DNA of 64,000 bases from an uncultured Mollicutes bacterium (GCA_900540365.1 UQFN01000001.1:103636-167635); one strand, 5' to 3'; positions 29,367 through 39,823 are shown, counted from the first letter of the stretch. Notes: a model not told the origin generated them from the sequence alone. Translations and numbers: made by a program.

Positions 29367-30851
29367 ATGGAAGAAAAATTAAATGATCAAGAAATTATTA
29401 GAAGAGAAAAATTAAAGAAACTTGAAGAGCTTGGAGTTAATCCATGGGGAGAAAGATTTGATCGAACTGATACTACAAAATCTGCAAGAGAAAAATCTAA
29501 CGGAAAAACAAATGAAGAACTTGATGCTGAACATGTTTATGTAAAATTAGCAGGAAGAATCATGTCTTTAAGAAAGATGGGAAAAGCATCTTTCTTAAAT
29601 ATTCAAGATAAATTTGGCAAGATTCAAGGCTATATATCTATTGATACTGTTGGCCAAAATGAATATGAAATTTTTAAAATTTGCGATATTGGTGATATCG
29701 TTGGACTTTATGGAAGATTAATGTTAACAAGGACTGGTGAATTAACAATTCGTGTTGAAGAATTTACTTTTTTAACTAAGTCTTTAAGAGTTTTACCAGA
29801 AAAATTTCATGGATTAACCGATGTTGAAGAACGTTATAGACATCGTTATGTTGATCTTATAATGAATGAAGAGGCAAAAAACGTCGCTTTATTAAGACCA
29901 AAAATCTTACGTAGCATGCAAAGATATTTTGATAATTTAGGTTTTGTTGAAGTTGAAACTAGTGTTCTTTCTCCGATTCTTGGAGGGGCGAACGCAAGAC
30001 CTTTTGTTACTCATCATAATACATTAAATAAAGATTTTTATTTAAGAATAGCAACTGAATTACCATTAAAACGTTTAATTGTTGGTGGATTAGAGAAAGT
30101 ATACGAATTTGGTAGACTTTTTAGAAATGAAGGAATGGATATTAAACATAATCCTGAATTTACTACTGTTGAACTTTATGAAGCTTATGGCGATTTACAA
30201 TCAATGAGAGAAATTTGCGAAGGTGTTATTAGAAATACTTGTCAAGAGGTTTTAGGTACAACAAAAATTACTTATTTAGATAAAGAAATTGATTTTACAC
30301 CTGAATTTAGATGGGTTTCTATGAGTGAACTTGTTAAAGAAAAAACTGGAGTTGATTTTACTTCAAATATTACTTTAGAAGAAGCTCAAGAACTTGTTAG
30401 TAAATATGGTATTAAAATTGAAAAACACTGGACTAGTACTGGATATTATTTAAATGCTTTATTTGAAGAACTTTGTGAAGAAGATTTAATTCAACCTACC
30501 TTTGTTTATGGCCATCCAATTGAAATATCTCCGCTTACAAAGAAAGGTAAAGATCCACGTTTTACTGAAAGATTTGAACTTTATATTAACGCTACAGAAT
30601 ATGCTAATGCTTATAGCGAATTAAATGATCCTATCGACCAAAAAGAAAGATTTATCGCTCAACTTAAAGCTAAAGAATTAGGCGATGATGAAGCTAATGA
30701 AATGGATAATGACTTTATCGAAGCTTTAGAATATGGAATGCCACCAACTGGAGGTATTGGTATTGGGTTTGATAGATTTGTAATGTTATTAACAAATCAA
30801 AAATCAATTCGAGAAGTTATTCTCTTCCCAACAATGAAAGACGAAAAATAA
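29367..30851 (+). CDS. lysS: Lysine--tRNA ligase (class II)
   Basis: FRNEGMD and GGIGIGFDR class II motifs, plus an OB-fold N-terminal region. ATG 29367 preferred over the track TTG 29361. Confidence 0.95.
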   Translation: MEEKLNDQEIIRREKLKKLEELGVNPWGERFDRTDTTKSAREKSNGKTNEELDAEHVYVKLAGRIMSLRKMGKASFLNIQDKFGKIQGYISIDTVGQNEYEIFKICDIGDIVGLYGRLMLTRTGELTIRVEEFTFLTKSLRVLPEKFHGLTDVEERYRHRYVDLIMNEEAKNVALLRPKILRSMQRYFDNLGFVEVETSVLSPILGGANARPFVTHHNTLNKDFYLRIATELPLKRLIVGGLEKVYEFGRLFRNEGMDIKHNPEFTTVELYEAYGDLQSMREICEGVIRNTCQEVLGTTKITYLDKEIDFTPEFRWVSMSELVKEKTGVDFTSNITLEEAQELVSKYGIKIEKHWTSTGYYLNALFEELCEEDLIQPTFVYGHPIEISPLTKKGKDPRFTERFELYINATEYANAYSELNDPIDQKERFIAQLKAKELGDDEANEMDNDFIEALEYGMPPTGGIGIGFDRFVMLLTNQKSIREVILFPTMKDEK

Positions 30852-30857
30852 AAAAAT

Positions 30858-30909
30858 ATCCCCCCAACAAGTCAAAATATACGCGACTTGAATATAAGGG
30901 GGATTTTTT
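30858..30909 (+). terminator. lysS intrinsic terminator (nested hairpin)
   Basis: Outer stem ATCCCCC/GGGGGAT and inner stem CAAGTC/GACTTG, followed by TTTTTT. Confidence 0.75.
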
Positions 30910-30932
30910 ATAGGCTTAGCAAACTCAAATAC

Positions 30933-30961
30933 TTTACAAAAGATATTATTTTATATAAAAT
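30933..30961 (+). promoter_or_regulatory. Candidate rpsF-ssb-rpsR promoter (-35 TTTACA, 17 nt, -10 TAAAAT)
   Basis: Hexamers at 30933-30938 and 30956-30961. The ~80-nt leader contains hairpin GCTATAT-aagaa-ATATAGC (30991-31009). Confidence 0.45.
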
Positions 30962-31041
30962 AATAACACGTTTTTAAACGTAACTTCTCTGCTATATAAG
31001 AAATATAGCCAGAAAATATTGACCAAAGGGAGGTAAAAGGT

Positions 31042-31329
31042 ATGAAAAAGTACGAAATTATGTACATTTTAAAAGCCAACTTAGAAGACGCACAAAGAAA
31101 AGAAGTTATTGAAAAATTACATTCTCTTCTTACAAACGAAGGTGCTAAAGTCACTAACGTTAATGAATGGGGTCTTCGTGACTTAGCATATCCAATTAAA
31201 AAAGAAACAAAAGGATATTATGTTGTCATTAAAGTTGAATGCGAACCAAATGCTACAAAAGAGTTTGATCGTAAAACAAAGATCAACAATAACGTATTAC
31301 GTTATTTAATTACCGTTGATCAAGAATAG
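31042..31329 (+). CDS. rpsF: 30S ribosomal protein S6
   Basis: MKKYEIMYILKANLED... and synteny rpsF-ssb-rpsR. Confidence 0.95.
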   Translation: MKKYEIMYILKANLEDAQRKEVIEKLHSLLTNEGAKVTNVNEWGLRDLAYPIKKETKGYYVVIKVECEPNATKEFDRKTKINNNVLRYLITVDQE

Positions 31330-31346
31330 CAAAAGGAGGACTCTAT

Positions 31347-31772
31347 ATGATTAATAGAGTTGTAATTGTCGGAAGAATTACAAAAGATCCAGAATTAAGA
31401 TCAACTACTAGCGGCAAAAAAGTAACAAGCGTAACTGTTGCCGTAGATAACCTTACAAAAAACGCTGATGGGAGTAAATCAACAAGTTTTATTCCAGTAA
31501 CTGCTTGGAATAATTCAGCCGAATATTTAACTAAATATGCCAAAAAAGGCTCTTTAGTTGGAGTTGAAGGTAGAATTACTCAACGCTCATATAAACGAAA
31601 CGATGGTACAAATGCTTCAGTAGTCGAAGTTATTGCTGATAATATTACATTATTGGAAAGCAAAGGTGCTAGAGAAAATAATGCAAATAATGGATTTGAA
31701 CCAGATCAAGAAAGTGATGTTGTCGCTGATCTTGAAAGTACAGATTTAGCCGACGACGATTTACCATTTTAA
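31347..31772 (+). CDS. ssb: Single-stranded DNA-binding protein
   Basis: MINRVVIVGRITKDPELR OB-fold start and acidic tail DDDLPF. Confidence 0.95.
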   Translation: MINRVVIVGRITKDPELRSTTSGKKVTSVTVAVDNLTKNADGSKSTSFIPVTAWNNSAEYLTKYAKKGSLVGVEGRITQRSYKRNDGTNASVVEVIADNITLLESKGARENNANNGFEPDQESDVVADLESTDLADDDLPF

Positions 31773-31790
31773 TAAAGAAAGGAAACAAAC

Positions 31791-32018
31791 ATGGCCTATT
31801 TAAAAAAGAGAACCCGCAAAAAGGTTTGTTATTTTACAAAAAATAAAGTTAAATACATTGATTATAAAGATGTTGAAACTTTAAAAAAATTTATTACCCC
31901 AAGTGGTAAAATTGCTCCACGTAGATTAACTGGAACAAGTGCTAAATATCAAAGAGAACTCGCAAGAGCTATCAAAAATGCAAGATATATGGCATTATTA
32001 CCATTTGTTGCTGATTAA
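31791..32018 (+). CDS. rpsR: 30S ribosomal protein S18
   Basis: [18 protein letters not shown]...[12 protein letters not shown]. Confidence 0.95.
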   Translation: MAYLKKRTRKKVCYFTKNKVKYIDYKDVETLKKFITPSGKIAPRRLTGTSAKYQRELARAIKNARYMALLPFVAD

Positions 32019-32037
32019 TAATTAAATTAACAACCTT

Positions 32038-32060
32038 GACCCTTTTAAAGGGTCTTTTTT
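32038..32060 (+). terminator. rpsR intrinsic terminator
   Basis: GACCCTT-tta-AAGGGTC followed by TTTTTT. Confidence 0.8.
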
Positions 32061-32116
32061 ATTATTTTGAAAAAATAGTTGAGTTTTAAAGGGTTTTTTC
32101 TTAAAAACAAAAGATT

Positions 32117-32145
32117 TTGACTAATTCCTAAGTACCTAATAAACT
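32117..32145 (+). promoter_or_regulatory. Candidate gdpP promoter (-35 TTGACT, 17 nt, -10 TAAACT)
   Basis: Hexamers at 32117-32122 and 32140-32145. This would give a ~70-nt leader containing the 24-bp palindrome. Confidence 0.4.
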
Positions 32146-32191
32146 AACAATTAATTATCATTAATAAGTTTCTTTTCTATTTTTTTAAAGT

Positions 32192-32215
32192 CCTTTCTAT
32201 TATATAATAGAAAGG
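32192..32215 (+). promoter_or_regulatory. Perfect 24-bp palindrome whose right arm is the gdpP Shine-Dalgarno
   Basis: CCTTTCTATTAT|ATAATAGAAAGG. AGAAAGG lies 9 nt before ATG 32225. Confidence 0.6.
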
Positions 32216-32224
32216 TATCGAATT

Positions 32225-34249
32225 ATGAACCGTAAAATTAAACATTTAAGAATTGTTTCACTTGTAATTTATTCTATCCAAATAATTGGAGTTATTTTAG
32301 TTACTCTTTTATATGTCTTTAATGTTTTTAATTTAAAAAGCTTAATGCTTCCTGAATACTTTGCTTTTATTGCTGCAGGGTTAACAGTATTCAATTCTTT
32401 TTATATTTTAATCGTTTTACATTCAATTTATAAAATACGTCAAAAAAGTGATATTCGAACTGTTGATATTGTTGGAAGTGATATCAAAGAAGCTTATATG
32501 TTTGGTAAATTAGGTTTTGCTATTACAGATGAAAATAATAAAGTTTTGTGGACAAGTGATTTATTACAACAAAGACAAATTAATATCATTAATAAAAATA
32601 TTTACGACTGGTGTCCAAAATTAAAAGATTTAATAGATAAAGATGTTGGGGATGTAGTAAAAGTATTTCAAAATAATAGTTATTACGAAGTTAAATATTT
32701 AAGAAATGCCAACTTATTCATTTTTAAAGATATTAGTGATTACGTTACTCTTGATAAATTTTCTAAAGAACAATCAATTTGTATTGGAATTATAATGATT
32801 GATAATTATTCTGATGTTGTTGGAACAAATGATGATTATAATGATTTAATCGCTAGAGTTAAAAATGTCATTTTTGATTATGCTAAGGAATACAACATTT
32901 TATTAAGACATTTTAGAAATGATGCTTATTTTTGCGTATGTAACTATGCTTCATTAGAAAAAATGATTGATGATGAGTTTAGTTTATTAGATAAAGCTAG
33001 GTCTTTAGGTATAAGTGAAAATAACCAAGCAACTTTATCAATTGGTTTTGCTCATGATTTCCCTGATGTAAATAAATTAAATTCAATGGCTTCTAATGCA
33101 ATCGATATTGCAATGTCACGTGGTGGTGACCAAGCAGTAGTTTCTAGATATGGAAGTGAGTTAGAGTTTTTTGGTGGTAAAACTGAAGCTATAGAAAAAC
33201 GTAATAAAGTTAAAGTTCGTGTTGTTGCTGATTCTTTAACAGGATTAATTAGTAGAGCAAGCAACATTATCATTATGGGCCATACCGATATGGATATGGA
33301 TGCAATTGGTAGTGCTTTAGGAATTAAGGCTATTTGTGATAGTTTTAATAAAAGTTCTGCAATTGTTTATGATCCTAAATACGCTGAAAAGAAAGTTCGT
33401 ACTGCAATGGCTAGTTTATTTACTAATGATCAACTAACTAAAATGATTGTTTCAATTAAAGAAGCTAAGGAAAAAGTTAAACCTCAAACATTAGTTATTG
33501 TTGTTGATGTATCTAAACCAAGCATGGTCATGGCTCCTCAAGTTTTAGAAGTATGTGATAAAGTCGTTGTTATTGACCATCACCGTCGTGCCGAAGAGTT
33601 TATTGAGAATCCAGTTTTAAGTTATATTGAACCAAGTGCCTCAAGTGCTAGTGAACTTGTTGCAGAAATTATTAAATTTTCTACTGCCAATTCCAATATT
33701 AAACTTGATCCAACATTTGCTACGATTATGCTTTCTGGTATTTTCTTAGACACTGGATTTTATAAATCGCGTACAGTTGGTTTAAGAACATTTGAAGCTT
33801 CAGGTGTTTTAAAAGAATATGGTGCTGATAATGCTGTTGCTGATGATTTATTAAAAGATGAATATGAAGAATATGCTCTTGTTAATAAAATTCTTGCTTC
33901 ATTAAAGACACCATATTATGGTGTTGTATATTGTAATTCTGGAGATGATGATATTGTTGAAAGATCAACTTTAGCAAAAGTTGCTAATCAATGTATGCAA
34001 TTAAAAGGAATTAATGCTTGCTTTGTAATTGGTAAGACAAATAACAACGAAATTCGTATTAGTGCTAGAAGTGATGGTACAATTAATGTACAAGTATTAT
34101 GTGAAAAACTAGGTGGTGGAGGTCATTTTTCAATGGCTGCCGCAGCATTTAAGGATAAAAATTCTAAACAAGTTGAAAGTTTATTACTTGAAACTTTAGA
34201 TGAATATTTATCAGATGCAAGAGCGCAACAAGCAAAGAAGGAGGATTAA
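32225..34249 (+). CDS. gdpP: GdpP-type cyclic-di-AMP phosphodiesterase (TM-PAS-degenerate GGDEF-DHH/DHHA1)
   Basis: Two N-terminal TM helices. DHH motifs ([20 protein letters not shown]), DHHA1 GGGGH, and synteny gdpP-rplI-dnaB. Confidence 0.9.
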   Translation: MNRKIKHLRIVSLVIYSIQIIGVILVTLLYVFNVFNLKSLMLPEYFAFIAAGLTVFNSFYILIVLHSIYKIRQKSDIRTVDIVGSDIKEAYMFGKLGFAITDENNKVLWTSDLLQQRQINIINKNIYDWCPKLKDLIDKDVGDVVKVFQNNSYYEVKYLRNANLFIFKDISDYVTLDKFSKEQSICIGIIMIDNYSDVVGTNDDYNDLIARVKNVIFDYAKEYNILLRHFRNDAYFCVCNYASLEKMIDDEFSLLDKARSLGISENNQATLSIGFAHDFPDVNKLNSMASNAIDIAMSRGGDQAVVSRYGSELEFFGGKTEAIEKRNKVKVRVVADSLTGLISRASNIIIMGHTDMDMDAIGSALGIKAICDSFNKSSAIVYDPKYAEKKVRTAMASLFTNDQLTKMIVSIKEAKEKVKPQTLVIVVDVSKPSMVMAPQVLEVCDKVVVIDHHRRAEEFIENPVLSYIEPSASSASELVAEIIKFSTANSNIKLDPTFATIMLSGIFLDTGFYKSRTVGLRTFEASGVLKEYGADNAVADDLLKDEYEEYALVNKILASLKTPYYGVVYCNSGDDDIVERSTLAKVANQCMQLKGINACFVIGKTNNNEIRISARSDGTINVQVLCEKLGGGGHFSMAAAAFKDKNSKQVESLLLETLDEYLSDARAQQAKKED

Positions 34250-34251
34250 TT

Positions 34252-34701
34252 ATGGAGATTATTTTATTAAAAGATGTTAAAGGTGTTGGCAAAAAAGGCG
34301 AATCTAAAAATGTTAGTGATGGATATGCTAATAACTTTTTAATTCCTCGTAAACTTGCTGTAATTAAAACTGAAGCTAGTCTTGCTACCTTGGAAAAAGA
34401 AAAAGAAAATTATCGATTAGAACAAGAAGAGTTAGAAAAGAAAGCTAACGAAAATAAAAAACTTTTAGAATCAATGACTTTTGAATTTACTGCCAAAGCA
34501 CAAAAAGATGGTCGTATGGCTGGAACTATTTCAACAAAAGTTATTGTTGAAAAGATTAAAAAAGATTTAAATATTGAACTCGATAAAAGAAAATTTATCG
34601 ATAAAATTGTTGTTAATGCTTTTGGTGTTACTAATTTGAAAATTGAGTTATTTAAAGGTATTTTTGCTACATTAAAAATTCATGTTAGTGAGGAAAAATA
34701 A
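34252..34701 (+). CDS. rplI: 50S ribosomal protein L9
   Basis: [17 protein letters not shown]...[13 protein letters not shown]. Confidence 0.95.
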   Translation: MEIILLKDVKGVGKKGESKNVSDGYANNFLIPRKLAVIKTEASLATLEKEKENYRLEQEELEKKANENKKLLESMTFEFTAKAQKDGRMAGTISTKVIVEKIKKDLNIELDKRKFIDKIVVNAFGVTNLKIELFKGIFATLKIHVSEEK

Positions 34702-36164
34702 TGGCTAGTTCAAATAAATTACCTTGTGATACATTTACTGAAAATACAGTTTTAGGTTTGATGTTAAGTGATAATAAAATGGCAACTGCTATTTTATCAA
34801 ATATTACACTTGAAGATTTTTATGAAGAAAATTATCAAAATCAAACTGTTTTTAGAGCAATTAAAAGAGTAAGTGATCGTGGTGATATTATTGATATTAC
34901 AAGCGTAGTTAGTGAACTCGTCTTAATGAAGGAGCTTGATAATGTTAGTGAATCTTATATTTATAATTTAGTTGAACAAACAATTTCGACAACAAATTAT
35001 GAGTATTATGTAAATATTTTAAAAGACTATACTTTATTAAGAAACTTTATAAAGGCTGTTAATGAAATTAAAAACGAATATGAAACTAAAGACATTAAAA
35101 ATATTAACGATTTCATTTCAAAAAGTGGCGAAAAAATAAACGAAATTATTAAAAATAGAAGAGTTAGTGGATTCAAAAAAGGTGAAGAAGTCGCTACTTT
35201 TGTTACAGATGAATTAGTAAATCGAATCGCGGACGATTATGAAACTCTTCCTGGAATAACTACTGGATTTGAAAATCTTGACCGTATTACTGGAGGATTT
35301 AAAAAAGGTGAATTAATTTATTTAGCTGCTCGTCCTTCGGTTGGTAAAACTGCTCTTGCTTTAAATTTATGTTATAACGCTGCTAGTAAATCTCATCGAC
35401 CTGTTGCTATGTTTGAAATGGAAATGAGAGCTGAGACCTTATTTAAGAGATTACTAGCTTCAAGAAGTACTGTTGAACTTGATAGAATAAATAAAGGTTT
35501 TTTAAGTAAACAAGATAAGTTAAAAATTAGAGAAGCTTCTAATGAAATTTCAAAAGTCCCTTTATACATTGATGATAGTACTAGTACAACAATCGAAGAT
35601 ATTATTGTTAAATCAAGAAAACTTAAAAACGAAATTGGCGATTTAGGTTTAATTATGATTGACTATATTGGTATTATTAGTGATTCAAAATTTGTTAATA
35701 AAAATGATTCTAGACAAAATATAGTTTCATCTTATTCAAGAAAATTAAAAGAATTAGCTATTGAATTAAATGTTCCGATTTTAGTTTTATCGCAATTAAC
35801 CAGAAAGGTTGATGACCGTGAAGGTAAAAAACCTCAATTAATTGACTTAAGAGAATCTGGTTCGCTTGAACAAGACGCTGATCAAGTTTTATTAATTTAT
35901 CGTCCAGCATATTATACAGATCAAGGTATTTCAATTAATGGAGATAATAAAAAATATAATCGTAATGAAGACAATAGCATAAAAGCTCAAGAAAATCCTG
36001 AAGTACGTAGTAGTGATGGTGGAGATATTGTTAACTTAAATTTGGCAAAAAATAGAAATGGTCCTATTGGTAATGTTAACTTGTTGTTCTTTAAGAGTTA
36101 TGGAAGATTTACTGCTCCAGCAAAGGCTACTGAAGAAATTATTAGTGGTTTCCAAGAGGGTTAA
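34701..36164 (+). CDS. dnaB: Replicative DNA helicase
   Basis: GFENLDRITGGFKKGELIYLAARPSVGKTALALN, SQLTR, and LRESGSLEQDAD. Confidence 0.95.
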   Translation: MASSNKLPCDTFTENTVLGLMLSDNKMATAILSNITLEDFYEENYQNQTVFRAIKRVSDRGDIIDITSVVSELVLMKELDNVSESYIYNLVEQTISTTNYEYYVNILKDYTLLRNFIKAVNEIKNEYETKDIKNINDFISKSGEKINEIIKNRRVSGFKKGEEVATFVTDELVNRIADDYETLPGITTGFENLDRITGGFKKGELIYLAARPSVGKTALALNLCYNAASKSHRPVAMFEMEMRAETLFKRLLASRSTVELDRINKGFLSKQDKLKIREASNEISKVPLYIDDSTSTTIEDIIVKSRKLKNEIGDLGLIMIDYIGIISDSKFVNKNDSRQNIVSSYSRKLKELAIELNVPILVLSQLTRKVDDREGKKPQLIDLRESGSLEQDADQVLLIYRPAYYTDQGISINGDNKKYNRNEDNSIKAQENPEVRSSDGGDIVNLNLAKNRNGPIGNVNLLFFKSYGRFTAPAKATEEIISGFQEG

Positions 36165-36166
36165 TA

Positions 36167-36904
36167 ATGAATTTACATGTTATTGCTAGTGGTTCAAAAG
36201 GAAACGCGGCAATTGTTTATGATGAAAAAACCCATATTTTAATTGATGTTGGTATTTCAAAACAAGAATTAATAAACGGTTTAAAAGAGATAAAATTATC
36301 TTTAAAAGATATTGATTTTGTATTGATTACACATGATCATTCTGATCATATTAAAAATGTTCATATTTTTAATATGAATAAATGTTATGCTCCACTAGGA
36401 GTTTTACCTCTTAAAAATAGTAATATTTTAATTCCGTTTAATGAATATAACTTTAATTCAATTACAGTAAAAGTTATAAAATCATCTCATGATGCTACAA
36501 ATTCATGCGGATTTATTTTTAAAAATAATAATGAAGAATTAGTATATTTAACTGATACAGGTTATATTCCAAGTGAAACTTTAAAAATAATTAAAAATAA
36601 AGAATATTACTTTATAGAATCTAATCATGATGTTGGTATGTTATTAGAATCTTCTAGACCTAATTTATTAAAAAGAAGAATTTTATCATTTAAAGGTCAT
36701 TTATCTAACGAACAATGTGCCTATTATTTAGTTGAATTAGTTGGTGAAAAAACTAAAAAAGTTTTATTAGCTCATATTAGTGAAGAATGTAATAGCTTTG
36801 AGAAAATATTTGAAACATTTGAAGATGTTTTTAATGAAGAAAACTTTAAGTATAAACAAATTGAGTTCTTTGTAACTTTTCAACATAAAAGTGTCGATTT
36901 ATGA
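36167..36904 (+). CDS. MBL-fold metallo-hydrolase (YycJ/WalJ-like)
   Basis: ITHDHSDHI metallo-beta-lactamase motif. Confidence 0.8.
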   Translation: MNLHVIASGSKGNAAIVYDEKTHILIDVGISKQELINGLKEIKLSLKDIDFVLITHDHSDHIKNVHIFNMNKCYAPLGVLPLKNSNILIPFNEYNFNSITVKVIKSSHDATNSCGFIFKNNNEELVYLTDTGYIPSETLKIIKNKEYYFIESNHDVGMLLESSRPNLLKRRILSFKGHLSNEQCAYYLVELVGEKTKKVLLAHISEECNSFEKIFETFEDVFNEENFKYKQIEFFVTFQHKSVDL

Positions 36905-37383
36905 TAAGAATAAATATTTATACGATTGGTACATTAAAAGAAAAATATCTTAAGGAAATGTCCTTAGAATTTTTAAAAAGGCTGCAAAAGTTCACTAAAA
37001 TTTCTGTTCTTGAATTTGAAGAACTTGATATTAATCGTTTAAACTCTTATAAAAATGTAAATGATTTTTTAGAAAAAGAAGATAAAATTATTCTTTCAAA
37101 AATTAAACCTAACGATTATTTAATTTTACTTGATTTACATGGAAAAGCTTTATCAAGTGAAGACTTTGCAAAGATGATTGAAGATGTTTCTTCTACTTTA
37201 AGAGGTGACTTAAATTTTGTAATTGGTGGAACATTAGGAGTTTCAAATTCTTTAAGAGAAAGAGCAAACTTTTCATTAAAAATAAGTGATTTAACTTTTA
37301 CACATCAAATGACTAGAGTTATTTTACTTGAACAAATATATCGTGCTTTTAAAATTATTAATCATGAAGCATATCACCATTAG
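36901..37383 (+). CDS. rlmH: 23S rRNA (pseudouridine1915-N3)-methyltransferase
   Basis: 160-aa SPOUT protein with the conserved end LLEQIYRAFKI..H.YHH. Confidence 0.9.
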   Translation: MIRINIYTIGTLKEKYLKEMSLEFLKRLQKFTKISVLEFEELDINRLNSYKNVNDFLEKEDKIILSKIKPNDYLILLDLHGKALSSEDFAKMIEDVSSTLRGDLNFVIGGTLGVSNSLRERANFSLKISDLTFTHQMTRVILLEQIYRAFKIINHEAYHH

Positions 37384-37391
37384 GAGAATAT

Positions 37392-37727
37392 ATGAATTAC
37401 GAATTATTTAAAGACTTTGAAAGTTTTGAGGACGAAGCAAGTAGAACTTGCGGTTGTTTTAAAATTGATGATAACTTTTTTATTGTTGAACCTAATTTTT
37501 ATACACAATTACTTGGAATGAAAGAACATCATTTAGATAAATTTGATTTAATATTTAATAGTTTAATTGAGATTGTAAAGAAAAATAAAAAAGTCATTTT
37601 TACAGCGGATTATGAATTTCCAGCTTGTTATAAAAATGACTTTATTTATCGAGAAATAACCGATATTACAGATCCTTTATTGATTTTTGTTGAAGATAAA
37701 TCAAGAGGAAGTGATTACGGAGATTAA
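37392..37727 (+). CDS. Hypothetical acidic protein
   Basis: 111-aa ORF with an SD (TAGGAGAA) upstream. No family recognised. Confidence 0.5.
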   Translation: MNYELFKDFESFEDEASRTCGCFKIDDNFFIVEPNFYTQLLGMKEHHLDKFDLIFNSLIEIVKKNKKVIFTADYEFPACYKNDFIYREITDITDPLLIFVEDKSRGSDYGD

Positions 37728-38842
37728 TTAGTATATTGCGGACGCAAACTTCTCATTGTCATCCACATTACTCTAAATCCAAAGACCATTACATAAACCA
37801 TAATAGCCATACTTGAAATAACAAATCCTAATATTAAGGTAATTAAAGCAGGAGTTAAAGCAGCATAAAAAGCAATGAGCAAACATTGATAAAATTTAAT
37901 TGAACGATTTGGATTTGATTTACCTCTAGTCATTAAAAATACAATTAAACCTAAAAGTAATGTAATTCCAGCATTGACTCCTAGACTTAAGCCAGTTTGA
38001 ATCCAAATTAAATTTGTGCGATTATTTTTGTAAGCTAAATCAGAGAATATTTTTAAATTTTCATAAATTTGATTAGCGATTTCAGCCCCAGTTAATGAAG
38101 AAGTATTTTGAAGTAAATAAGCTTCAAAATTAACATTTTCAATGTAATTATAATCGCCAGAAAAACCTATCTTTGCAGAAGTAGAAGTGTCTCCTGGTTG
38201 GAAAATTGAAATAGCAAAATAATTTTTTGCAAAAAGAATATATGAAACACTTCTAGTTGTGTTATGTGCACCATTAAAATTAACTCCACCATCATGACCT
38301 AAATAATCATACATTGTAGAATTTATTTCACTAACAATTTCATTAAAAGAATAGATTGAATCATCTTTAGCATAATAAATATCTAAATCTCTTTTGTATG
38401 TATTTTGAGTTGTATCAGTGTTATATAAAGATTCATGGTATCCTAAATAATAGAATTTATCTGTACCATTATAAGTTGGGTTAATTGGATTATTTAAATC
38501 AATATTAAGTTTAGCTTCATGATCAACTATATCGATATCACTTAAATATCCTTGAACTGCTACATAGTGGTCATCTAAAACAACATCAGTAATAGCTTCT
38601 TTAAATCCATATGTATTTCCACTTAAATAAGTTGCACCTGTTTGTTTACTAGCAGAAACAGTTAATGGAATCATTGCAACTAAGATAGATACTATAAAAA
38701 TTATAATTGCCCAATACCAAGGTTTTTTAGTTCCACATTCAATACATGCATCGTTAGAATATAAAGTGCGAAAATAAGGAACAAAACTAGATAAATTGAA
38801 TTTTGAATTTCTTTTCTTTGAATTCATTGGTTTCGCTTTCAT
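37724..38842 (-). CDS. Hypothetical membrane protein (N-in TM, ~220-aa external domain, C-terminal TM bundle)
   Basis: 372-aa ORF with SD AAGGGAG. Its stop overlaps the convergent 37392-37727 ORF by 4 nt. No family recognised. Confidence 0.55.
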   Translation of the reverse strand: MKAKPMNSKKRNSKFNLSSFVPYFRTLYSNDACIECGTKKPWYWAIIIFIVSILVAMIPLTVSASKQTGATYLSGNTYGFKEAITDVVLDDHYVAVQGYLSDIDIVDHEAKLNIDLNNPINPTYNGTDKFYYLGYHESLYNTDTTQNTYKRDLDIYYAKDDSIYSFNEIVSEINSTMYDYLGHDGGVNFNGAHNTTRSVSYILFAKNYFAISIFQPGDTSTSAKIGFSGDYNYIENVNFEAYLLQNTSSLTGAEIANQIYENLKIFSDLAYKNNRTNLIWIQTGLSLGVNAGITLLLGLIVFLMTRGKSNPNRSIKFYQCLLIAFYAALTPALITLILGFVISSMAIMVYVMVFGFRVMWMTMRSLRPQYTN

Positions 38843-38864
38843 TTAATTACTCCCTTTCTTTATG

Positions 38865-38888
38865 CTTCATTAGTATATACTAATGAAG
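38865..38888. promoter_or_regulatory. Perfect 24-bp palindrome in the 5' region of the 37724-38842 gene
   Basis: CTTCATTAGTAT|ATACTAATGAAG, 23 nt upstream of the start codon. Confidence 0.5.
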
Positions 38889-39129
38889 TTAATTTCACAA
38901 ATAAATATAAAATATTTTGAATTTTGTATTTATTAAAAATGATTAAATAAGAATTAAATTTTGTAAAAATATTTGAGTTTTAAAGGTTTTTTGCTTAAAT
39001 TAACGCTTTTTTAGTTTTGCAATTAGGATTAGAATGAGGATTTCGTTTATTAATTATAAAAAATTAAGAAAACAGAATTTTTAATAGAATTAAATTGTAA
39101 CATTAACTACATAAATAAATCTTACTTAA

Positions 39130-39157
39130 TTGATTTTTATAATAAAAAGTATATTAT
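39130..39157 (+). promoter_or_regulatory. Candidate ssrA promoter (-35 TTGATT, 16 nt, -10 TATTAT)
   Basis: Hexamers at 39130-39135 and 39152-39157. The predicted mature 5' end at 39166 lies 9 nt downstream. Confidence 0.5.
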
Positions 39158-39165
39158 TATCTCAT

Positions 39166-39527
39166 GGGTTAGTTCAGGCTTCGACATGAGAAGACTTGGC
39201 AAGAATTGCAGTCGAGTAATGACGTAATCATTAACAAAAATTATCTGGCAACAGAAATCAATCATTCGCATTTGCTGCTTAAGCACTCGTTATCTTTAAG
39301 ATAAGATGCGACACATTCTAAGGTTTCATCTTCTCACGCTTAGAAAATGTGTCATACCAAGAAGATAGATTATAGATATGATTGTGTTCTTTAATCGAAA
39401 ATTTACAATCTAGCAGGTAAAAGTTTGTTAGGTTTGATAAACTGCGAAATTTAAAACACTAACTAAACTGTAGTAGTTTTTGTAGGGTCTCTTGTGGACC
39501 AGGGTTCGACTCCCTGCTAATCCACCA
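39166..39527 (+). ncRNA. ssrA: tmRNA (SsrA), about 362 nt, tag (A)GNRNQSFAFAA
   Basis: 5' GGGTTAG pairs with 3' CTAATCC, giving a G3:U wobble, followed by ACCA. GGCTTCGACA 5' motif. T-arm CAGGG-TTCGACT-CCCTG. Tag frame GGC AAC AGA AAT CAA TCA TTC GCA TTT GCT GCT TAA at 39247-39282. Confidence 0.9.
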
Positions 39528-39539
39528 AATTGAAACAAC

Positions 39540-39571
39540 AGGATTGATACCAAAAATATCAGTCCTTTTTT
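39540..39571 (+). terminator. ssrA intrinsic terminator
   Basis: AGGATTGATA-ccaaaaa-TATCAGTCCT (10-bp stem, one G-U pair) followed by TTTTTT. Confidence 0.8.
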
Positions 39572-39823
39572 CATTTTATAGGTCTATTTCGCTTATTTTA
39601 GGCATAAATTGCTTAATTTTTGGCGGAGTAACCCTTTTTCTTTGCCTGTTTTAAAAGAAGGCAATTTATCAAAAGCACGAATATACTTTAACCCCTGTTA
39701 ATAGGTCTCTAGGGAAAGATGTTTAAGGTCTTTTTTGTGATTATATGGAAGTTGGCCACCAAATTTTTGGATGTTTTCTAAACTTTCCTTGAACAATTAA
39801 GGGCAAAATGATAGATAAAACTA

